Below are positions 1 through 10,857 of a stretch of 64,000 bases of DNA, one piece after another (the first letter of the stretch is position 1; each line of letters starts with the position of its first letter). Position numbers and translations under genes: made by a program. This DNA comes from Macrostomum lignano. Its lineage: Eukaryota. The DNA lies in NCBI GenBank assembly GCA_002269645.1, contig NIVC01001626.1, forward strand, positions 186,001-250,000. The letters run 5' to 3'. The notes beneath the pieces are model-generated. The model made no database searches. It was not told the DNA's origin and was given only the letters and a program-made list of their open reading frames with translations.

Positions 1-420
1 GAATATTTGGGATCAGTGTCCCTGGGATATTTGGGATCAGAGTCCCTGGGATATTTGGGATCAGAGTCCCTGGGAATTTGGGATCAGAATCTTTGGGATA
101 TTTGGGATCGGAGTCTCTGGGATATTTGGGATCAGAGTCCCTGGGATATTTGGGATCAGAATCTTTGGGATATTTGGGATCAGAATCCCTGGGATATTTG
201 GGATCAGAATCTTTGGGATATTTGGGATCAGAATCCTTGGGATATTTGGGATCAGAATCTTTGGGATATTTGGGATCAGAATCCCTGGGATATTTGGGAT
301 CAGAATCCTTGGGATATTTGGGATCAGAATCTTTGGGATATTTGGGATCAGAATCCCTGGGATATTTGGGATCAGAATCCCTGCGATTATTGGGATCAAA
401 AGCCATGGGATACTTGGGAT
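1..420. repeat. 24-bp minisatellite (GGGATATTTGGGATCAGAATCCCT) in NRBP intron 5
   Basis: Tandem 24-bp period, truncated by the window edge. Confidence 0.95.
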
Positions 421-478
421 AAAACTCCTCTTGGATACTGAGGAACACCCCAGCCGAGTAGCGCAGGTTGCCACCCAC

Positions 479-3400
479 CTGGTCTTCCACAAACTGCCTG
501 GCGATGGCCCTGGGCTGGCAGTAGCGCTGCTCAGTCAGCTGCACATTCACGTTGCGCAGGATGTGCCGCTCGTCAAACCAGACCTTCAGATGGCAGTTCC
601 AGCGGCCGAGTCCGATGTACTGCAGCTCGGTGTCCAGGAACTGCAGGCTCTCCTGCCTGTCCTGGGCCGGCGGGCCGTGCAGCCGCTCCAACTCGCGCAG
701 GTCCAGCAGCGAACGCTTGCCGTCCTCAGCCTCTTCTTCATCCTCGTCTTCGACCTCGTCGTCGATCAGCTCGCCGGCGTTAGCAGCCGCGGCGGCCGAG
801 GCGGAGGCGTCGACGGCTGGCGCTGCCGCGGCCGTCTCGATGACTTCGTTAGCGGAGGCGACAGCGGCCTGAGGCGCGGCCAATGAAGCTGCTGCTGCAG
901 AGTCCGTGACATCGGCGCCGTTCGTTGCGGCACCAGGCATGGCGCCACCGGCAGCACCGCTGTCGACGGGGACGCAGCCAACGCCACCGCCGCCGGCGTG
1001 CTCTGCGACCGCGGCGCTGCCGCTGCCGAGACACGGCACGATGGCCACGGCGGCTGCGGACTTCTGCGGTGGTGGCGGGTGAATGAGACAACTGCTATCA
1101 GATGGCTGAGTCAATATCTCAGTTGCAGCGGATCTACATGTAGAGATCTCAGGAGAGATTCATTGAGATGGATTAATCTTAAATGAGACAGCTCAAGAGC
1201 TTTTGGTCTCCATGGAGATTAGCTGCGGCAAACAGAGGGATGTCACTGTCACTGAGGGTCAGATCTCAGGAGAGATATTTGGAGAGTCAAGTCTCAGGAG
1301 AGATATTCGCAGAGTCAAGCCTCAGGTGAGATATTTGGAGAGTCAAGTCTCAGGTCAGATATTCGGAGTCAAGTCTCAGGTGAGATATTTGGAGAGTCCA
1401 GTCTCAGGTGAGATATTTGGAGAGTCAAGTGTCAGGTGAGATATTCGGAGGAGAGTCAAGTCTCAGGTGAGATATTCGGAGGAGAGTCAAGTCTCAGGTG
1501 AGATATTCGGAGGAGAGTCAAGTGTCAGGTGAGATATTCGGAGGAGAGTCAAGTCTCAGGTGAGATATTCGGAGGAGAGTCAAGTCTCAGGTGAGATATT
1601 CGGAGGAGAGTCAAGTCTCAGGTGAGATATTCGGAGGAGAGTCAAGTCTCAGATGTCTCACCTGCGCAATGTCCTCCTCCGCAACGGAGCCGGGCCAGGT
1701 GGCGCAGCGGTTGCCCAGCATGCCCTGTCCGCCCGCCGTCGCGGGCGTCGCTGCTTCGTCAATGCCGCCGGCGCCCGCGCCGCCAGCAAGGGAGATGCCG
1801 CCGCTCATGATTGGCTGGCCGCTGCTGCTGACAAGGACGCAGCCGCCGGAGACCTCAAAGCCGCCGGCGACGCTGTCGACGCCCCCTGGCCGGAGGAAGC
1901 GGCGGTGGTGGCCGAGGCCAGGCTGGTGTAGTCCGAGGCCTCCGAGCAGCGGCAGTAGACAGCGTCAGACAGCGTCCTGGCCGGGTCCTTCGGCCGCTTC
2001 AGGTGCGGCTTGCCGTCGAGCATGTGCACCTCGTCGCGATCGCCGAAGCCAAAGATCGGGTGGAAGCCGTTCTTAACGTCTTCCAAGAACTTGCAGTTCA
2101 GCGTGTGGCAGATCAGGTCCTTGTACAGCCGCTCACGCACCTGGCCGGCTCTCCGCATCTCCACCATCACCGTGTCGTTCTCGAACCTGGCGAAGGCGGC
2201 GACATGTGCAACTGATCTAGCACTTACTGACACTGATCTAGCACTCACTGACACTGATCTAGCACTCACTGCCACTGATCTAGCACTCACTGACACTGAT
2301 CTAGCACTCACTGTCACTGATCTATCACTCACTGTCACTGATCTAGCACTCACTGACACTGATCTAGCACTCACTGACACTGATCTAGCACTCACTGACA
2401 CTGATCTAGCACTCACTGACACTGATCTAGCACTCACTGCCACTGATCTAGCACTCACTGTCACTGATCTATCACTCACTGACACTGATCTAGCACTCAC
2501 TGTCACTGATCGCACTGCAACAGAGCCAACCGCACTGACCTCTCCAGCATCTGGTCCAGCTGCTCCCGCATGGCCTTGTGGTCCAGGTTGGGCGGCAGGT
2601 GGCCGATGTAGGCCCTGGCAGCGAAGACGTCCAGCTTGGGCACTACGAACACGGCGGGGTGTCTGTACAGGTGCCACCAGGTGTGCCGCTGGCCCGGGTC
2701 CGTGTGCAGGCAGCCTTTGATGAAGTCCTTGGTGACGGGGCTGCTCACCTTCCGCAGCATGGCCTCAATGCGGTCTTCCGAGTTGGGGATCAGGTCGTCC
2801 TTCCGCTCCCAGACGGCCAGCTCAAGAGCGATGACTCCAAGTGCGTAGATGTCCACCGCGGGGGTGATCTTGCAGGCGGCGTCCGCGTACTCGGGGGCCA
2901 GGTAGTGCTTCACGGTCACGAACTTGGACCGGTCACGGTTCGCCTTCGGGTTCAGCAGGTCGTCCATGGCCATCGTGCCCACCTGAGTGCGGGTGCGAAT
3001 CAGTGACACCCGTCAGCGGCCACGTCTGAACCACGATTCACAACTGGTCAGTCACCAATCTACCTAATCCGACCCTTTGGTCAGTCACCAATCTACCTAA
3101 TCCGACCCTTTGGTCAGTCACCAATCTACCTAATCCGACCCTTTGGTCATTCACCAATCTACCTAATCCGACCCTTTGGTCAGTCACCAATCTACCTAAT
3201 CCGACCCTTAGGTCAGTCACCAATCAAACTAATCCGACCCTTTGGTCAGTCACCAATCTGCCTAATCCGACCCTTTGGTCAGTCACCAATCTGCCTAATC
3301 CGACCCTTTGGTCAGTCACCAATCTACCTAATCCGACCCTTTGGTCAGTCACCAATCTACCTAATCCGACCCTTTGGTCAGTCACCAATCTGCCTAATCC

Positions 3401-5903
3401 GACCCTTTGGTCAGTCACCAATCTACCTAATCCGACCCTTTGGTCAGTCACTAATCTACCTAATCCGACCCTTTGGTCAGTCACTAATCTACCTAATCCG
3501 ACCCTTTGGTTAGTCACCAATCTACCTAATCCGACCCTTTGGTCATTCACCAATCTACCTAATCCGACCCTTTGGTCAGTCACCAATCTACCTAATCCGA
3601 CCCTTTGGTCAGTCACCAATCTACCTAATCCGACCCTTTGGTCAGTCACTAATCTACCTAATCCGACCCTTTGGTCAGTCACCAATCTACCTAATCCGAC
3701 CCTTTGGTCAGTCACCAATCTACCTAATCCGACCCTTTGGTCATTCACCAATCTACCTAATCCGACCCTTTGGTCAGTCACCAATCTACCTAATCCGACC
3801 CTTTGGTCATTCACCAATCTACCTAATCCGACCCTTTGGTCAGTCACCAATCTAACTAATCCGACCCTTTGGTCATTCACCAATCTACCTAATCAGACCC
3901 TTTGGTCATTCACCAATCTAACTAATCCGACCCTTTGGTCATTCACCAATCTACCTAATCCGACCCTTTGGTCATTCACCAATCTACCTAATCCGACCCT
4001 TTGGTCAGTCACCAATCTACCTAATCCGACCCTTGACCCACAACTGTTGTCATTCTCGAACCAACCCTTATCTAGCTTAAAAGGTTCTCAGCCGCTAGCT
4101 CACCTTCAGATTGCCGCTCTTCTGCTGGTAGTGGATGGTCTCGCTGGTCAGATTGCCGTGGGTGAGGCCCAGCTCAAGAAAGAACTTGAGCACAGACAGC
4201 AGGTTGGCCATGCAGCGCTGCCAGATCGCCCGGCTTCGGGTTGTGTTGCTCATGAACTGCTTCAGGGTGCCCTCCTCGGTGCGCTCGGTGATAAGCACGA
4301 GCTTGGCGCCCCGGTCCTCCAGCTCGGTGATCCAGTAGTCAAGGTAGCGCACCATGTTGGGGTGGTGCTTCCTGTTCAGCCGCTTCATCGTGTTGGTGAA
4401 CCTGTGACGCAGCGCCTCGCTCACCTGCTCCTCCTGCGGGGATGTCAGAGACAGGGTGGGAGAGGGGATGTCAGTCAGGGTGGGAGAGGGGATGTCAGAG
4501 TCATGGTGGGAGAGGGGATGTCAGAGTCAGGGTGGGAGAGGGGATGTCAGTCATGGTGGGAGAGGGGATGTCAGTCAGGGTGGGAGAGGGGATGTCAGAG
4601 TCATGGTGGGAGAGGGGATGTCAGAGTCAGGGTGGGAGAGGGGATGTCAGTCAGGGTGGGAGAGGGGATGTCAGTCATGGTGGGAGAGGGGATGTCAGTC
4701 AGGGTGGGAGAGGGGATGTCAGTCATGGTGGGAGAGGGGATGTCAGTCAGGGTGGGAGAGGGGATGTCAGAGTCATGGTGGGAGAGGGGATGTCAGAGTC
4801 AGGGTGGGAGAGGGGATGTCAGTCAGGGTGGGAGAGGGGATGTCAGTCATGGTGGGAGAGGGGATGTCAGTCAGGGTGGGAGAGGGGATGTCAGAGTCAG
4901 GGTGGGAGAGGGGATGTCAGTCATGGTGGGAGAGGGGATGTCAGTCAGGGTGGGAGAGGGGATGTCAGAGTCAGGGTGGGAAAGGGGATGTCAGTCATGG
5001 TGGGAGAGGGGATGTCAGTCAGGGTGGGAGAGGGGATTTCAGAGTCATGGTGGGAGAGGGGATGTCAGTCATGGTGGGAGAGGGGATGTCAGAGTCAGGG
5101 TGGGAGAGGGGATGTCAGAGTCAGGGTGGGAGAGGGGATGTCAGTCATGGTGGGAGAGGGGATGTCAGTCAGGGTGGGAGAGGGGATGTCAGAGTCATGG
5201 TGGGAGAGGGGATGTCAGAGTCAGGGTGGGAGAGGGGATGTCAGTCAGGGTGGGAGAGGGGATGTCAGTCAGGGTGGGAGAGGGGATGTCAGTCAGGGTG
5301 GGAGAGGGGATGTCAGTCAGGGTGGGAGAGGGGATGTCAGTCAGGGTGGGAGAGGGGATGTCAGTCAGGGTGGGAGAGGGGATGTCAAAAGGTCAGGGCG
5401 TCAAAGGGGTGTCAAAGGGTGTAAAACGGTCGGGAGGCAAGGCAAAAGCCGGGCTAATCAGGCCGCACCTTGAGTATAATCTCATTCCAGATGACGTCCT
5501 TGCCGACCCGCTGGTCGATGGCCAGGTAGGAGCCGGTGACCCCGGGCGCGTGCCTGGGCAGCCGGTTGTTCCGCTTGGCCCAGCGCTCGTTGTGCGACCG
5601 CTCGATGATTTTGTCCTCCTCCTCCTCCTCCTCGTCTTCGTCGTCTCGCTGGTCGTCGTCTTCATCGTCATCGTCCTCCGCGTCTGCCGGCTGCTGCTGC
5701 CCGCCGCCAGAATCGGCTGGCGGCGGCTCCGAGCCGGCTGGCAGTTCAGCCGCAGCCTCCGCCTCCGGCCTGGCCTGAGTTGATGATGAAGCTTTCAGCG
5801 GCTCAGCCGGCGGGGCGTCCGAGTAGCCGCTGGTGCCGACAGACTGGGAGGCGGTGGACTTCAGCTGGCGCTGCTGGAAGCTGCTGTCAGCCGGGTCGGT
5901 CAT
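479..5903 (-). CDS. NRBP1: NRBP/Madm-like pseudokinase; exons 5903-5469, 4433-4104, 2982-2540, 2186-1662, 1063-479, continuing beyond the left edge; apparent 1-nt frameshift at 1882-1886
   Basis: Spliced translation matches NRBP landmarks: acidic run then IIERSHNERWAKR...YLAID...VIWNE, HPNMVRYLDYW, HGNLTSETI (HRD replaced), YLAPEY, AVDIYALG, FLEDVKNGFHP, and a C-terminal CCT-like segment (CHLKVWFDERHILRNVNVQL). All five introns have GT-AG ends. Phases match except across exon 4, which is one base short. The last exon is absent from the ORF track because its frame runs off the window. Confidence 0.85.
1250..1655. repeat. ~31-bp minisatellite in NRBP intron 4
   Basis: Unit GAGTCAAGTCTCAGGTGAGATATTCGGAGGA. 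Confidence 0.9.
2210..2515. repeat. 21-bp minisatellite in NRBP intron 3
   Basis: Unit ACTGATCTAGCACTCACTGAC. Confidence 0.95.
3045..4035. repeat. 33-bp minisatellite in NRBP intron 2
   Basis: Unit GTCAGTCACCAATCTACCTAATCCGACCCTTTG, about 30 copies. Confidence 0.95.
4440..5390. repeat. 24-26-bp G-rich minisatellite in NRBP intron 1
   Basis: Unit GGTGGGAGAGGGGATGTCAG(AG)TCA(G/T). Confidence 0.95.
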
Positions 5904-8822
5904 GGCTGTCAGACTTGTCAGCCCTGGCTCTGAATGCAGCAATTGAGATTGCAGCTCGTTCGATTGGATAAATTTGTCAGGCAAGGGAATTTATGGCTGT
6001 GATTTAATGATGGTATTAGTATGATAGCTTACATCACAGGATAGATTACAAGATATGCAGCTCAGTAAAATTTATGGTAGTCTCCATGGCCAAGGGAGTC
6101 GAGATTATAGAGAAACACTATCTATAGTAAAGGGCATATTGGGATGGCATTGCACTGCAGAAATCATACATGCAATAGGGATACTTAAAGTACCATGACT
6201 TTCAAAGTTGCATTTTCAAATTAGGCCTTAGATGTGATTTTGTATCTTATATATCCTAGTGCTAGCAAAAAATCCTAAAATAGGTTTTAAAGTTATTTTT
6301 ATGCAATAAATATGCTATAAAAATGAACTTTCTAAATTGCATCCTGAAATTGGACCTTATTAATACCATCTTGCACCTTGAAGAAGACATGTGTGCTTAG
6401 AATTTTAGGGTATACAGTACTCAAGAAATTTGGTGTACATATTAGTGCACAAAAAGTGATTTTGGGCTTTTGGTATAAATATTTTATATTTTGGTGTGAC
6501 TTAAAAAAATTACATTATCAATAATAGTCACTATAGTTGTCTATGTATATAAAATTGATAACTCTTTTGTGATAAACTATCTAGTATAGCATAGTAGTCC
6601 ATGGCAGAACAAGAACAAATAGAATAGAATATGCAAGTAGTAATCCAAGATGCAATATATTTAGCTTGTTGAGTTGGCCAAGATCCCAGAATCACCAGGA
6701 TCCTAAGATCCTGGAATCCCAGGATCCTGGCTTTTTGTTAGTGTTTGGGATCCTAGGATTAGGGGTCCAGGATCCCAGTAAACATGGGATTGGAATTTAC
6801 ACTTTTTAGAAATGAATTTTTTGTCTTGCAGTTAGCACTTAACAGTTTTGAGAGAATTTTTACAACCTGAGTATGAAGTTATAGAATGAAAGACAGTAAG
6901 AATATCAATCAACTGTATCAAGCACTACTAGTTACTAGACTAAGGGTCTAGTCTAGACTTTATCTAAGTGGCAATGGCCTGGACACTAGGCCCACTGGCC
7001 TAGGCCACGCCGTAAGATGCAAGTGCAGCTAAGGAAAGGGGGCAGAAAAAAGGGATGGGGTAGAGACTGGGTCTAAGCCTATGTGTGAGGTGGTCTATGT
7101 TGGGAGCAGAGAGAAGCACCAGCACAGCATATATAGTCCTAATCCAAGGGGAGAGGGTGTAGTTTAGTATTTATATACAAACAACTAACTTCAACTATTT
7201 TATCAATGCAGTGTACACTAGAAATAGAAAATAGAAACACAAATGATGCTCAAATTGGTTGAGAAATTTGTTTTGTGGACAATAAAAAGTGTCCTGTAAA
7301 TTTGTTTGTTCAATCCTAGGATTGGCCCAAAATCTTGGGATTTGGTAAATTTTTTGTCTAGGATCCTAGGATTATAAAATGTCTAGGATTTGGGACCCTT
7401 ACATAGTAATCTACTAATAATAAAAACAGTGACATTTCATAACTATATTAACCCTATCACAATTTAATGCAAAACTGACTTCTATGTTTTTTACAAAGTA
7501 AAGATTTGAAATTTCTAACAAAAATACATAAATTTTACTTTACTATTTTACTATATAAATAAAACACTATAACTTTTTAGTTTTTAGTTTTTCTAATTAA
7601 AACTAAATATTAGATTCAAAATTATTAGTCCATTAGTAACCTTTCAAAATTGACAAATTAGAGCTTTGTATAAGATATTATATATAGCCTATATTAAAAA
7701 AATTCATATAGGACACAATGGCAATGTTCTAAGTATTTAATAACTTAATAAGCCTAACTTTACTTTTTGCTTTGTTTGACTTGGTATAATAGTTTAGTAA
7801 TAATTTGATTAGTATTTTTTTCAATATATTATATTACAATATATATTTACTGGTCCCAGGTCAATTCGGTGACAAGACATTTCGGTGACAACAACTTCGG
7901 TGACAACTTGGGACGTTTCGGTGACACCAGTGGTCAATTCGGTGACAAGCTTTAGACTTGATTTGACTATTTTTCGTTGTTAAATATTAAAATATATAGC
8001 TGTTAATATAAACTCTTATTAAAGTAATAAAGGTTCGTATGTTATCTGCATTTATTATTTTGTTTGAGTGCGTTTCGAGGCATAACATTTACAGCGCGCA
8101 CTTAATTTTATCCATACTTTTAATTTTTCAACCCAAGTCAATGACAATTGATTATTAGATTTTTTGTACTACATCTACGTGTACATGTAAACTTACTTAA
8201 AATAATACTTAAAAGCCATTGAACAAGTTTAGAAAACAACTGTATACCTATAGCGTAGCTTATGACTGTACATATGTTTATGTTATGTGCTAATTCAGGG
8301 ACTATAAGGCAAGGAGCGCCAATAGGGGCGGACCCGCGGATAGAGCTTGATAGAACTTATTGAGCCCCCAAAAACCTAAGTTTGCACCCTTTAAACTAGA
8401 TTTTTCGCCTCCTACGCATTTTTGTACCCCTAGCTTAAAAATTGGCGCCCCTCATACTCATGAGGTGCCAACATATGTTGGCGCCCAAAACTTGGACTGA
8501 AGCCCCCCGCCCCCTCCCCCCTTTGATGTATTGTCAAAGGCTATATAGCTTTTTCTTGGTGTCTGATTTTCGTAAACAAATTTATTGTGGTTACTAACTT
8601 TAATCAAGCTATTTCAAAGCAATTAGTTACAGTACAGTGCAAGTATATGAATCGATAGTATAGTAATAATGAGCTGAATGATAGTTCAGTTATTTAGCAG
8701 TGTATTTTAGTAAGGACAGAGAAGCAGTACACATATTTGCACCAAAAAGGCGTCAACACAAGTCGATACAACATGTACAGTACAGTATTTAATATAATGA
8801 GTATACGAATCAGAATGAGTAA

Positions 8823-8938
8823 CAGTGGCGCAACCAGGGGGGGGGGCGGTTGCCCCTCCTTTGGCGGACGTCGGAAAAAATTAAAGGGGACCAAGCAAAT
8901 GATTCGCCCCCCTCAACAAATTTCTGGTTGCGCTACTG
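8823..8938. mobile_element. 116-bp MITE nested in the MULE
   Basis: Ends CAGTGGCGCAACCAG / CTGGTTGCGCTACTG (14 of 15 inverted match); no exact TSD seen. Confidence 0.55.
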
Positions 8939-9062
8939 CAAGAGTACATGGTATACGCGAGTAGTATAGTTCCCTAAATATCCGGCCTTGATTCTAGTAC
9001 ATGTACAGTCTAGTGTATATGTCTAGCACATATGTAGTCTTTGGTGAAGCTCAGTCGTCATG

Positions 9063-10857
9063 TCACTTCGGATTAAAGAGACGACCACAGGATTTAAGCA
9101 GCCGCCGAGTGCTTCGAGTACCTTGTTCATGTTCCGCCCAGTAGCGAAACAAACGAGACTGAACTGTGCGGTACCCTTGCCGCTGCTCTCGACGCAGTAC
9201 CCCTCTGGACAGCAGGTGAGCCTGGAGTGGCACCAGGATAGCTTCCTCGTGGAGCAGTTGCAGCAACAGATAGAACTGGAGGTTGCGCCTCCCAGCTTTA
9301 CGGTTTAGGCGATAGTGCCAGCCCTCCAGGTCGTTGTTGGTCCTGATGGGCTGACCAAACACGCAAATGTCATCCGCTTTCCAGTTGCTGCCTTCGCCCA
9401 ACCATGTACTGCCAATGTACTCGCATAGTTCCTGCAGTCTTTCGTCTGCCTGAGCAGCTTGCGAAGCTCGGAGGCTTTCAAACACCTCGTTAATCTCGTC
9501 ACGTGGCAGGTACGGCAGTGCCATCACCGACTCAAACATCGCTTCTGTAAAAGCCATCGGGAATCGCTTCGTGCTGCAGCTCAAAGTTTAATGTCTTTGG
9601 CTCCTCTGGCCGTTGCCTTTCTCGAAAACGATTAGCTGTTCTAGCAAGATTCGCTGGATTTGGCAAGTTTTTAGCCTCTGACGAACGATAACTGTGTAGA
9701 AGTCGCTCCTCAGATAGAGCCGCAGCAGATTTGAAGACATCCGCAGCTGCTGATGTCTTCACGTCTCGAATGATTTTTCGTACTGCACAAGCATCAGCTG
9801 TTGGTGCATGGCAGTGGTTCCTTTTTCCTGGTTGGAAGTCTTCACCGGCTCTGCGATTTAGGGTTGCACAGCATGGCGTATGTCGATTGCGCTGAGTGCA
9901 TCTGTAGTATTCGTGATCACCACGCCTACGGTGAAAACCATAGCTGTATCCTTTTGAGGAAACAACAAGGACTGAACCTCAACCTCTACTGCTTGCGTTT
10001 TGAAGTACCTCAAATGTCTCTGGACGATTGTGAGCAGCGATTGGTTGAGGGTCTGGATCTTCAATCGATGAATCAGCAGTAGCAGCAACTTGGATCTCAG
10101 CATCGCTCTCTACCTCATCACTTTCGCTACCACTGGCAGCAGCAACTTCGATTTCGGCATCGCTCTCTACCTCATCACCACCGGCAGCAGCAACTTCGAT
10201 TTCGGCATCGCTCTCTACCTCATCACCACCGGCAGCAGCAACTTCGATTTCGGCATCGCTCTCTACCTCATCACCACCGGCAGCAGCAACTTCGATTTCG
10301 GCATCGCTCTCTACCTCATCACCACCGGCAGCAGCAACTTCAACTTCAGCATCGCTCTCTACATGTACCTCCTGAGTAGTGCAGATCATGCAGCATCAAG
10401 TAAAAGAACTCTTCTTCGTCAATTTCTTATACTGTGCAGTAGAAATGAACGATGCTCCTAAAATAAAAAGCAAAAAAATTTCAGCAATTTATCATCTCTC
10501 CACATACCCTCTCTCCTCTCTACCCCCTCTCCCTGCACCTTCTCTCCCCTACCCTCTTTTCCTCTTCACTCTCTCCTCTACCTTCTCCCCCCTCTACCCT
10601 CTCTCCCCACCTTCTCTCCCCTACCCTCTTTTCCCTCTTCACTCTCTCCTCTACCTTCTCCCCCCTCTATCCTCTTTTCCTCTTCCATTTTAAGAGTGAA
10701 TACACGCTAAGTTGATGGAATGCAGAATATAAGGCATAAACTTACCACTCAAACACAGTCGATGGAACCAATGTTTGCACTTGTCACAATTTAATGCAGG
10801 CTCCTCGTCAGTTACTGCTTTGACACACGCTGGACAGACGTCTTCTTCGACTTCCAT
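9063..10857 (-). pseudogene. Disrupted PHD-FLYWCH-MULE transposase; exon 10857-10746, GT-AG intron 10745-10458, exon 10457-9063
   Basis: PHD: CPAC...CDKCKHWFHRLC...FT(W>stop)CCMIC. Then 16-aa acidic repeats (48-bp unit). FLYWCH: F..SSRG*..LV..GYSY...YYRC...CCATL...NHCH. C-terminal MULE motif MALPYLP...RTNNDLEGWHYRLN. In-frame TGA at 10396-10398 and 9979-9981. The catalytic core is missing at a frameshifting junction near 9530. Confidence 0.82.

Noticed and set aside
3038-5783. Long repetitive ORFs (VTDQRVGLGRL, GGRGDVSQ, SESLGYL and others) in NRBP introns
   Set aside because: They lie inside phase-consistent GT-AG introns and are by-products of stop-free minisatellite units.
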